The notes beneath the pieces were generated by a model. The model was not told the origin of the DNA and did no database searches. It saw only the letters and a program-made list of their open reading frames with translations. This document shows positions 53,601 to 64,000 of a DNA stretch of 64,000 bases, piece after piece. Position 1 is the first letter of the stretch. Every line of letters begins with the position of its first letter. Both the position numbers and the translations under genes were made by a program. Source of the stretch: a candidate division FCPU426 bacterium (GTDB taxonomy: Bacteria; Oederibacteriota; Muellerivitia; Muellerivitales; Muellerivitaceae); NCBI GenBank assembly GCA_963847625.1, contig CAWKAR010000050.1, positions 78,074 to 142,073 on the forward strand. The letters run 5' to 3'.

Positions 53601-56600
53601 TATACAGTCACATTTACACCCACGAATACCTCGACTAGCACTCCCACGAGTACTGCGACGCCCACGCCAACCCCAACCAGAACGAACTCACCCACTAATA
53701 CCACCACGTTTACACCCACTAACACCTCGACCAGCACTCCCACGAGTACGGCTACGACTACGGCAACTCCAACCAGAACGAATTCGCCCACCTATACAGT
53801 CACACTTACACCCACGAATACACCGACTAACAACCCCACGAGCACATCTACGCCCACGGCAACCCCGACCAGGACGAATTCGCCCACCTATACAGTTACA
53901 CTTACACCCACGAATACCCCAACCAACACGGCCACGAGTACCGCTACAGCCACTTCAACTCCTACCAGAACGAACACCCAAACCAATACACCCACTTCAA
54001 CGCTCACCAACAGTGCGACAGCCTCCCAGACTCCTACGGCTTCCTTAACATCAACTGGGACACCCACGAATACTTCCACCTATACCAGGACAAATACGCC
54101 GACAGCTTCGGCTACAGCGACAAATACCCAGACGTTTACTTTCACGAATACCCCGACTAACACAGTTACGAACACGGCAACTTCCACGCCAACCCCAACC
54201 AGAACCTATACCACGACCAATACGGTCACCAGCACCTCCACGAACACCCTCACCAACTCACCGACCCCCACGGCGACCAGGACGAATACCCCGACCAATA
54301 CCTTGACGGCAACCTCGACGAATACGCAGACAGCAACCTCCACGAATACATTTACCCCGACCATGACGCCAACTAGAAGCTATACCCCGACCAATACTGC
54401 GACTTATACACTCACCAATACATCCACCAACACGGTTACGAATACAGCGACTTTCACATCAACCGCAACCAGGACCAATACGCCTACAGTGACCTCTTCT
54501 GCTACCAATACCCCCACTGGAACCACTTCACCCACGTCAACATTCACAAACACCTTAACCCGCACACAGACTCCCACATCGACGAACACCTCGACCTTTA
54601 CCCCGACCCCGACGGTGACGAACACGTCCACCAGCACGCCTACGGCCACGCCGACTAGGACATCGACCCCTACATCCACGAATACCCCGTCAATTACGGC
54701 CACATCCACGCCGACCAATACCCTCACCAATACAGTAACGAACACCTCAACCCTAACCCGGACATCTACGCCTACGAATACGTCAACTTCCACGTTCACC
54801 TATACTTCGACGAACACCTCCACGCTCATACCGTCGAATACATTAACCAGCACCAGAACGAATACCCCGACTGTTACGTCCACGTTAACCAATACCAGCA
54901 CAGGAACCACTTCACCCACGTCAACTTTCACGAACACCTTCACGAGAACGCAAACGCCGACTTCAACGAACACAGGAACTTTTACCGCAACCTCGACCAA
55001 CACATCCACCAACACTTTAACTTTGACCCAGACATCAACACCCACCTTCACCAACACGCCTACGGCGACGAATACCGCGACATCCACATCGACCTATACT
55101 TCCACCAACACAAGGACCAACACGCCGACCAGCACATTGACCCCAACAGTGACGTCCACGGCCACCAATACCCCCACAGGAACCGCGCCACCCACGTCGA
55201 CCTACACGAACACCTTAACCAGAACCCAGACTCCTACATCGACGAATACGGCGACCTTGACCTCGACCCCGACGGCGACAAACACGTCCACCAACACTTT
55301 AACTTTGACCCGGACATCAACACCCACCTTCACGAACACGCCTACGGCGACGAATACTGCGACTTCCACGTCGACCTTTACTTCGACGAATACTTTTACG
55401 CCCACGATGACTTCCACCAGCACCAGGACCAACACGCCGACGGCTTCGACTACAGCGACTCCTACGTCGTCGCCTACGCTCACCGCTTCGCCTTCGGCTA
55501 CGCCAACTCCGACCGTCACGTCCACGGCAACCGATACTCCCACTGGGACTCAGTCGCCCACGAGCACGCCGACCAACACCTTCACAACCACCCATACTCC
55601 GACCAATACCCTGACCGGGACCTTTACCAGTACGCCGACAAGGACTTCCACCCCAACGCCCACGAACACGTTCACCCCGACCCGCACCATGACCGACACA
55701 CCGACGTCCACCCCCACCAATAGCGAAACGTTCACACTTACTCCCACCTTGACCAGCACCTCGACCAGCACGAGGACCCATACTCCCACTAGCACAGCCA
55801 CCAATACCGAAACGAATACCTTGTCTATGACGCCCACGCTGACAAATACCTATACCAGTACCCCATCCAACACCCCGACTGACACCCTCACGCCGACTGT
55901 GACACCTACTGCCACCGATACCCCCACGGGGACCCAGTCACCCACGAGCACCCCGACGAACACCTTTACACCCACGAATACTCAGACTTTAACCTTAACC
56001 CCGACTCCTACCCCTTCACTTACCCTGACCAACACTTATAGTCCCACTCCCACCTCGACCAAGACCTTTACTCCAACCTTTACAAACACGCCTACGGCGA
56101 CGGGTACAATGACTTCCACGTCAACATCCACCCCCACGCCCAGCGCGACGAACTCTCTCACACCCATCTTGACCAGTACTTCGACTGCTACTAGGACCAG
56201 CACTTCCACCAACACGGCAACTCCCACGGCAACCCCTACACCGACGGATACTCCGACAGCCACTTCCATCAGCACGTCCACCTATACGAATACGCCCTCG
56301 TCTACGTCGACATACACGGTCACCCCAACTTCTACCCCAACGGGCACATCGACGAACACCCCTATGGCCACATTGACAAAAACCGCGACTCCGGTCGGGA
56401 AAACTGGAGTGGTTGTTTATCCAAACCCGGTGGACGGTCCGGGTCCAGTGACCATAAAAATCACCTTGGCCCAAAAGGAAGCGTCCGTTAAGGTCGAGAT
56501 CTTCACGCTGGCTTTCCGGAAGGTGAATGAGATTGATCGCTCCCAAGTGCCTGCGGGGACGTTGTTTGTTTACTTCCCCCTGACGGACAAATCCGGGAGG

Positions 56601-56681
56601 CCCCTGGCCAACGGCCTTTATTACGTGGTGATCCAAACACCCCAGGGGCGCCTCGTAGCAAAATTTCTCGTTTTGAGATAA
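50691..56681 (+). CDS. GH74 xyloglucanase with ~1160-aa Thr-X stalk and T9SS-like CTD
   Basis: [34 protein letters not shown] and [13 protein letters not shown] motifs; ends YPNP...LANGLYY...KFLVLR. Confidence 0.93.
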   Translation: MRLIRVKNVFHSRPALERVFRSLAAATLLLFGFQGLAGAQTYTWKNVVVPAGGTITGIAYSRALQGLIYARTDMGGAYRWDNTNSIWVPLTDWLGDWNLYGIESIAPDPVNSNVVYAAIGQTYSGTTGYVIVSSDQGASWTQYSIPVSIGANNAGNDAGERLAVDPNLTSVLFFGTRYNGLWKSTNSAASWSQVTSFPVNGDSGYGLSWVLFDTHGTSGSASATVYVGVESTSSGNSNVYRSTNGGTSWAVIPGGPTNMITVQGSLGTDGNLWMSYDDSNNYGTGQIWKLNTSTLAWTNVTPSNGPGSGSGGYSGVCVDAENANHAVVSTMDWWGGPDKGFQTTNGGTSWNVITNVQNSWDAGPYANYNNNGVTWTRFCTTYDGGAWYMNCIRIDPFNSNNAVYTTGGGLWTTTNVEASSQPAGVTWTFTDYGIEQTAVLFLNASSMPGTFFSALGDITGMRYTDLTKPASNMYCNPHFGNSNCLDFAELNVNDVVRVGASGAVTTDAAYSTNNGQSWTPWTNTPPGYTTDNEMGSVAISADGSHVVVSPQSGYGSPAYASSLGGSWTTCSGLPSGAMLASDRANASTIYATSGSTLYVSTNYGASFSTVNSFSGSGAPRAVFGVAGEVWVATGSGLYRFTNAGSTMTTISNVTSSNSVGFGKAASGQTHPAVYLTGTYNGTYGFYRCDDGAGTTWVRINDNNHQYGYGAWCEGDEAIYGRVYVGTNGRGVVYGDMVATTPTNTPTMTRTFTPANTPTPTSTATRTNTFTSTVTSTATATLTPTRTNTLTYTATNTATYTSTATRTNSPTNTITVTLTNTSTSTSTSTATSTASPTRTNSPTYTVTLIPTNTSTSTPTNTATATSTPTRTNSPTYTVTLTPTNTPTSTSTSTSTPTVTPTRTNSPTNTVTLTPTNTSTSTPTSTATPSATPTRTNSPTYTVTLTPTNTMTSTPTSTSTPTATPTRTNSPTYTVTFTPTNTSTSTPTSTATPTPTPTRTNSPTNTTTFTPTNTSTSTPTSTATTTATPTRTNSPTYTVTLTPTNTPTNNPTSTSTPTATPTRTNSPTYTVTLTPTNTPTNTATSTATATSTPTRTNTQTNTPTSTLTNSATASQTPTASLTSTGTPTNTSTYTRTNTPTASATATNTQTFTFTNTPTNTVTNTATSTPTPTRTYTTTNTVTSTSTNTLTNSPTPTATRTNTPTNTLTATSTNTQTATSTNTFTPTMTPTRSYTPTNTATYTLTNTSTNTVTNTATFTSTATRTNTPTVTSSATNTPTGTTSPTSTFTNTLTRTQTPTSTNTSTFTPTPTVTNTSTSTPTATPTRTSTPTSTNTPSITATSTPTNTLTNTVTNTSTLTRTSTPTNTSTSTFTYTSTNTSTLIPSNTLTSTRTNTPTVTSTLTNTSTGTTSPTSTFTNTFTRTQTPTSTNTGTFTATSTNTSTNTLTLTQTSTPTFTNTPTATNTATSTSTYTSTNTRTNTPTSTLTPTVTSTATNTPTGTAPPTSTYTNTLTRTQTPTSTNTATLTSTPTATNTSTNTLTLTRTSTPTFTNTPTATNTATSTSTFTSTNTFTPTMTSTSTRTNTPTASTTATPTSSPTLTASPSATPTPTVTSTATDTPTGTQSPTSTPTNTFTTTHTPTNTLTGTFTSTPTRTSTPTPTNTFTPTRTMTDTPTSTPTNSETFTLTPTLTSTSTSTRTHTPTSTATNTETNTLSMTPTLTNTYTSTPSNTPTDTLTPTVTPTATDTPTGTQSPTSTPTNTFTPTNTQTLTLTPTPTPSLTLTNTYSPTPTSTKTFTPTFTNTPTATGTMTSTSTSTPTPSATNSLTPILTSTSTATRTSTSTNTATPTATPTPTDTPTATSISTSTYTNTPSSTSTYTVTPTSTPTGTSTNTPMATLTKTATPVGKTGVVVYPNPVDGPGPVTIKITLAQKEASVKVEIFTLAFRKVNEIDRSQVPAGTLFVYFPLTDKSGRPLANGLYYVVIQTPQGRLVAKFLVLR
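53090..53980 (+). repeat. 96-bp (32-aa) coding tandem repeats in the GH74 stalk
   Basis: [17 protein letters not shown] recurs at a 96-bp period. Confidence 0.85.
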
Positions 56682-56825
56682 GCTAATAAATATACTGACA
56701 ATAATTTGGTTGCTTATGAAATCAGAGGGTCCGGGGAGCGGATCAATAAAATATTTTGGTTCCATTAAATAAATCTCCAATACATTTTTCACCGCCAAAA
56801 CACAGGAGAGCCGACAGGAGAGCCG

Positions 56826-59800
56826 ATGTTCCGCTATTTTTCTGAAACCGGTTTAAATCGTTTTCAACTCTCATGGTTAAACCGGTTTTGCGCCGTTTTT
56901 TTGTTAGCGGTCCTTGGTTGGATGTCCCCATCCTTCATAAAGGCACAATGCACCGTAACGAGCGCCACTCTGGACACCAGCGTCGACGACGACATCATCA
57001 TCTACCTGAACGGCAATGTGATTGTTTCCCAGCCTAACGACTGCAACTGGTGGACGTCCGTCCATTCCTACTCCGTCACCAACCTTTCCTGGATCAATAC
57101 CTCGGGTGAGAACATACTGGCGGTATACGCCACCGACCAGTGCTGTAACACGGCGTTTGCAACGTGGCTACTGACCATCAACTATTCCAACTGCCCAACT
57201 CAGTACATCGCCAGCGACGGCTGGTGCACGCGGACGGTCAATTCGGGGATCACTTACACGGGCTCAGGAATGCCGCCCACAGGACTGCCTTCCGGATGGA
57301 CGGGTTCGGGATTCTCCGACAGCGCCTGGGGGGGCGTTTACACCGGGAATATCCAAGTCATCCGTAATTGTTCCAACTGCGCCGCCATCACGAATACTGG
57401 GACGGGGTTGGTCGTTCCGGCCATTTGGGGCGACAATGCCTTCGCGCCTTCCTACTGCGGAGAGGGTTACCTCTTCCGCCAGCACTTTTTAACGGGTTCG
57501 GCCGCGTGCACCGTCACGCCGGCCCCAAGCCCCACCTTCCCTCCGACCAACACGATCACCCCTACGCCGACGGTCGGCTCACCCACCCCGACCTTCACCC
57601 CTTGGCCGGGCTGCAACAGCCCCGGGATCACCTCCCCCATGCTGAACCTGCAAACGTCCTGTTATAACCAGAACAACCAATACATGGACTACAGCTTACG
57701 GGTTTACAACTGGGGGACAACACCCGTCACCATCGCCAACCTTTGCGTCAAGGCCTGGGCCTACGAATCCCAAACCATCAACATGGCGCAGCTCAACAAC
57801 TCGGCCGGAACCACCTGCACCGCCGGGGGGGCTTCCTGCGGAAACATCGGCATCACTGGCACGGTTTCCGTGGCTTCCTACGGCCCCTGCTCCCAGGTGG
57901 CCAACCACTTCGCTAACCAGATGATCACATATTGTTTTTCACCCACTTCCTCGGCTTATGTCATCCCGCCCAACGGGGGGTATTGGTACGTCCAATACGA
58001 CATGCTCCGGTACGGGCGCAACAATACGCAAATGGATAACGGCAATTTCGCCGACGACTGGTCGCATTTCGGGACCGGCAACGGCGATTGTTCCTCCAAT
58101 TCCTCATACCAGGAAAACCCATTTTTCGCGCTTTATTACAACGGAACACTGGTGCGCGAGCAGTTGGACGGCTCAGGGACCAACTTTGACACCGCCACCG
58201 GCATGGAGCCGTGCTCGTCTCTTTTGACTTGCACCCCGACCCCGGGAATAACCAATACCCCGACCCGGACCCCCACGCCTACACCCACGAACACGCCCAC
58301 CAACACCCCGACGAGGACGCCGACTCCCACGCCCACGGTTACCTCCACCAATACGCCTACGAATACACCCACCAATACTCCGACCAAGACCAATACTCCA
58401 ACTCCCACGAACACTCCCACCAACACTCCCACACCTACACCGACCCCAACACCTACCAACACACCGACGCGCACGCCCACCCCAAGCAATACGCCTACCA
58501 ACACGCCCACGAACACTCCCACCAACACCCCGACCCGGACGCCCACGCCAACCCCAACCATCACCCCCACCTCGACCCCCACGCCGTCCCCAACTCCGTC
58601 GCCTACCCCTACTCCGACCCGGACCCCAACCCCCACGCCGACCAACACATCCACCCCCTCTCCAACACCTTCCCCCACCCCCACGAATACGCCGACCCGG
58701 ACCCCGACTCCCACGCCGACAAACACTCCCACTCCAACAGCCTCACCTACCCCGACGCCCACACCCACGAATACGCCGACCCGGACCCCGACCCCCACGC
58801 CCACGAACACTCCCACGCCCACCCCGACCAACACACCGACTCCTACGCCGACCAATACTCCCACGAATACACCGACCCGGACACCGACTCCCACACCCAC
58901 AACCACCCCCACGCCAACCCCCACGAACACACCGACGAATACCCCGACCCGAACCCCGACCCCCACTCCTACCACGACCCCTTCTCCTACCCCGACCAAT
59001 ACTCCCACTCCGACGCCCACCCATACACCTACCCCCACCCCCACGACAACACCCACGCCCACACCCACAAGCACTCCAACGAGGACGCCCACGCCTACAC
59101 CCACCCCGACTCCTACCACCACCCCCACGCCTACCCCCACCAACACGCCAACGAATACTCCCACGCGCACGCCCACTCCAACGCCTACCACCACCCCCAC
59201 GCCCACTCCGACCAACACGCCGACGAGGACGCCCACACTCACCCCAACCCCAACCCCTACCATTACCCCCACCCCGACTCCAACCAATACGCCCACGAAC
59301 ACCCCCTCGCCGACGCCCAGCCCGACCGGGACGACATCGCCCACGAACACCCCGACCAACACCCCCACGCGCACAAACACACCCACGCCTACGCCGACCC
59401 CAACGATTACACCCACACCCACCCCGACGAACACACCGACGAGGACGCCTACCTCTACCCCGACCCCCACACCGACGACGACACCCTCTCCCACCCCGAC
59501 GAATACGCCAACCCACACACCCACGAACACTCCCACGCCGACCCCGACCACAACGCCTACGCCGACTCCGACGAACACGCCGACGAGGACGCCGACCAAT
59601 ACCCCCACGCTGACCCCGACCACGACGCCTACGCCCACTCCGACCAACACGCCGACGAGGACGCCTACCTCTACCCCGACCCCCACGAATACAATTACTC
59701 CCACGCCCACCCCGACCAACACGCCCACGAATACGCTTACCCCGACACTTAGCCCGACTGGGACTACATCGCCCACGAACACCCCCACCAACACCCCGAC

Positions 59801-62800
59801 GCGCACTTCCACTGCCACTCCGACTTCCACGCCTACCATTACCCCCACGCTGACCCCGACCACGACTCCCACGCCAACCCCGACGAATACCCCCACGAGG
59901 ACGCCTACCTCTACCCCGACCCCCACGCCTACAACCACTCCCACGCCAACGCCAACCAACACGCCCACGAATACGCTTAGCCCGACCCCCAGCCCTACTG
60001 GGACGACATCACCCACGAACACCCCCACCAACACCCCGACCCGCACATCCACTGCCACTCCGACTTCCACGCCTACCATTACCCCCACGCCCACCCCGAC
60101 CAACACGCTTACAAGAACGCCGACATCCACCCCCACGCCGACCCCGACCACGACGCCCACGCCTACGCCTACTAATACCCCAACGAACACGTCCATAAAC
60201 ACACCCACGTCCACCCCAACCACCACACCCACACCGACCCCGACGAACACCCTAACTAGGACCTCTACTCATACCCCGACTCCCACGCCTACTATCACCC
60301 CCACGCCGACGCCAACCAACACGCCGACGAACACGCCTACCCCGACCCTCAGCCCGACTGGGACCACATCGCCCACTAACACCCCCACCAACACGCCGAC
60401 CCGCACGTCTACTTCCACACCCACTCTCACGCAGACGATCACCCCCACCCTCACCCCTACCAATACACCTACTCTGACGCCTACGATGACCCCCACGAAC
60501 ACGGCGACGGTCGTGCCTTCGTTGACGCCAACCCATACGCCTACTTTGACACCCACGCTGACTCCTACAAACACAGTGACATCTGTACCTACCTTGACGC
60601 CCACGAACACCTTGACGGTGACTCCAACGACGACTCCCACGAACACGGCGACGGTTCAACCTACCTTGACTCCCACAAACACCTTGACGGTGTCTCCAAC
60701 GACGACTCCCACGAACACGGCGACGATTCAGCCTACCTTGACACCCACGAACACCTTGACGGTGACTCCCATCCGTGACGCCGACGAATACCGCGACGAT
60801 CCAACCTACCTTAACGCCCACGAACACATTGACGCTGTCCCCGTCCGTGACGCCGACGAATACCGCGACGATCCAGCCCACTTTGACGCCCACGAACACC
60901 TTGACGTTGTCCCCGTCCGTGACGCCGACGAATACCGCGACGATCCAGCCTACCTTGACGCCCACGAACACATTGACCTTGTCCCCATCCGTGACCCCGA
61001 CGAACACGGCGACGGTGCAGCCTACCTTGACGCCCACGAACACATTGACGCTGTCCCCGACCCTGACGTACACACCCACCATTACCAACACGCCTAGCAA
61101 CACCCCGACAGTGACGATAACCTACACGCCCACGAACACGTTCACAGTGACCAACACATTCACGGTGACCGACACGCGGACCCAGACGAACACTCCCACT
61201 ATTACCAACACGCCTAGCAACACCCCGACGGTGACTATTACTTACACACCGACGAACACGCGCACAGTGACCAACACGCCTACAGTGACCAACACCCTAA
61301 CCATAACGTACACATCCACCATTACGAACACGCCAAGCAATACCCCGACGGTGACGATTACTTACACTCCGACAAACACCTGCACAGTGACCAACACGTT
61401 CACGGTGACCAATACGAAGACTCAGACGAACACTCCCACCATTACCAACACGCCCACCAACACCCCGACGGTGACGAATACCTATACTCCGACAAACACC
61501 TGCACAGTGACCAACACGTTCACGGTGACCAATACGAAGACTCAGACGAACACTCCCACCATTACCAACACACCTAGCAACACACCTACAGTGACGAATA
61601 CCTACACTCCGACCAACACATTCACGGTGACCAACACTTTCACTATTACCGATACGAAGACCCAGACAAACACGCCTACTATTACCAACACGCCCACCAA
61701 CACCCCGACGGTGACGAATACCTACACGCCGACAAACACGTTCACTGTGACTAACACGTTCACTATTACCGACACGAAGACCCAGACGAACACTCCCACC
61801 ATTACCAACACGCCCACCAGCACCCCGACGGTGACGAATACCTACACGCCGACAAACACGTTCACTGTGACTAACACGTTCACTATTACCGACACGAAGA
61901 CCCAGACGAACACTCCCACCATTACCAACACGCCCACCAGCACCCCGACGGTAACGAATACTTACACGCCGACGAATACGTTCACTGTGACCAACACGTT
62001 CACTATTACCGATACGAAGACTCAGACAAATACGCCTACTATTACCAACACCCCCACCAGCACCCCGACAGTTACAAATACCTACACTCCGACAAACACG
62101 TTCACTGTGACCAACACTTTCACTATTACCGATACGAAGACCCAGACGAACACACCCACCATTACCAACACGCCCACCAACACCCCGACGGTGACGAATA
62201 CCTACACTCCGACGAATACGTTCACTGTGACCAACACGTTCACGGTTACCAACACGTGGACCCAGACGAACACTCCCACCATTACCAACACGCTCACCAA
62301 CACCTCGACGGTAACGAATACCTATACTCCGACAAACACGTTTACTGTGACTAACACATTCACGGTTACTGATACGAAGACCCAGACGAATACACCTACC
62401 ATTACCAACACGCCCACCAACACCCCGACGGTAACGAATACCTACACACCGACCAACACGTTCACGGTTACCAATACGAAGACCCAGACGGACACTCCTA
62501 CTATTACCAATACTCCCACCAACACCCCGACGGTGACGAATACCTACACTCCGACGAATACATTCACTGTGACCAACACGTTCACGGTTACCAATACGAA
62601 GACCCAGACGAACACCCCTACCATTACCAACACCCCCACCAGCACCCCGACGGTAACGAATACCTATACTCCGACGAATACATTCACTGTGACCAACACG
62701 TTCACTATTACCGATACGATGACCCAGACGAGTACATCCACCGACACCTCAACAGTAACGAATACCTACACGCCGACCAACACGTTCACAGTCACCAATA

Positions 62801-63741
62801 GCTGGACCCAGACAAACACGCCTACTATTACTAACACGCCCACCAGCACCCCGACGGTGACGAATACCTACACCCCGACCAACACGTTCACAGTCACCAA
62901 CACCTGGACCCAGACGAATACATCCACCATTACCAATACACCTACCAACACCCCGACGGTAACAAATACCTACACTCCGACTAACACGTCAACTGTGACC
63001 AACACACGGACCCAAACGTTCACCCCGACAGTGACGAACACCCCCACCAGCACCCCGACGGTGACGGATACTTACACTCCGACTCCCACACACACCGTGA
63101 CTAGCACGCCCACGGTTACCAAAACGCCAACCTTGACCTCCACACTGACCGCCACCCCTACGGTCACGAACACCCCTACCGCCACCTCGACCCCGACGGT
63201 GACCAGGACCCCTACCACCACCTACACGAGGACCCAGACGAATACGCCGACCATCACGCGAACCCCGACATGGACCCGCACTCCGACGCACACATACACG
63301 CCCACTTCCACCCGGACGGCCACACCCACCCCCACTCCCACGAAAACCTGGACCCCGACGGCGACGGCCACACCCACGGCGACGCTTCTCAACACCCCGA
63401 CGGTGACCCCGACGCCTTCCTCCACAAACACGCCGGGGCCGACCTGGACGCCGGAAACCGACATCTTCACGGTCACCAAGAACGTGTTCCAGCAGGGGGA
63501 GACGGTGTCGATTACGGTGGGGACAAGCCAATACCCGGGGAGCCTGGAATTGACCGTGTACAACTCAGCCGGGGAGCACATCAAGACCTTGGGAAGCCGG
63601 TACCTGACGGCGACTTCTCAGATCACCTTTTATTGGGACGGGACCAACAAATACGGGGACATGGTCGCTAGCGGGGTCTACATTTTCTACCTGACCGAAC
63701 CCATGGACCGTAAAACCAAACGGATTATTTTTATCAGGTAA
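56826..63741 (+). CDS. ~2304-aa secreted protein: Cys-rich N-domain, CBM3-like domain, ~1740-aa Thr-X stalk, FlgD/T9SS-like CTD; +1 frameshift at ~60768-60770
   Basis: ORFs 56826-61097 and 60775-63741 join if one C is removed. [30 protein letters not shown] is CBM3-like; tail VYNSAGE..WDGTN..VASGVY. Confidence 0.8.
61081..62520 (+). repeat. About 12 tandem 120-bp (40-aa) coding repeats
   Basis: ATTAC(C/G)AACA recurs every 120 bp from 61081 to 62401. Confidence 0.92.
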
Positions 63742-63952
63742 TACAAATTATTTTGGGAAAACGCGGATAAACTTATGAAGCTGAATTCAACCAGTAAGGC
63801 AACGCCAAATCTAAGGCCAATAAACCAACAAACACTCCAACCAATACATTGCCAATACGCTGTCCCGCTATTACAAAACGCCAAATAGCGCCCAGGTATT
63901 TGTTTTAGACGGTTTGGCTGAAGATTCCGTCGAAGGTGGGGATTGGACTAAG

Positions 63953-63973
63953 ATGCTGGCGCTTTATTCGAAT
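63953..63973 (+). promoter_or_regulatory. Conserved 21-nt leader element, copy 2
   Basis: Identical to 48693-48713 and followed by GGTAGGGGCGT-ATGAAAAAA. Confidence 0.65.
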
Positions 63974-63986
63974 AAGGTAGGGGCGT

Positions 63987-64000
63987 ATGAAAAAACAGAC
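63987..64000 (+). CDS. Start of next gene (MKKQ...), truncated; possibly an AraC paralogue
   Basis: Same leader element and ATGAAAAA start as at 48728. Confidence 0.35.

Noticed and set aside
21633..63584. Long antisense Val/Gly-rich and Arg/Gly-rich ORFs over the stalks
   Set aside because: Shadows of ACN-CCN codon repeats.

Overview
GC-rich, probably flagellated diderm bacterium with about 50 CDSs. I found no rRNA, tRNA or CRISPR array. Housekeeping and accessory genes include recQ, def, sixA, uppP, dnaJ, rsgA, a stand-alone hydG, a stand-alone flgE, a PIN/RHH toxin-antitoxin pair and an ABC exporter. The window is dominated by four secreted proteins with the layout signal peptide - cargo domain - long (Thr-X)n stalk - T9SS/FlgD-like C-terminal domain; one is a GH74 xyloglucanase. 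They occur alongside GH5, GH127/146, a sugar-binding protein, a PocR-AraC regulator, a TMTC-like glycosyltransferase, a serpin lipoprotein and an adenylate cyclase with a putative carbohydrate-binding domain. The strongest non-coding signal is three 74-78 bp double-hairpin elements (TGCC...GGCA, 2-bp flanking direct repeats) inserted into one copy of a palindromic host repeat (7402-7730); an uninterrupted copy of that repeat lies at 9788-9911. Also notable is a 21/42-bp phased repeat complex upstream of recQ that has been hit by an IS256 with a 9-bp target duplication. Four genes carry single-base lesions that may be assembly errors. All family calls are from motif recognition by eye; no searches were run.
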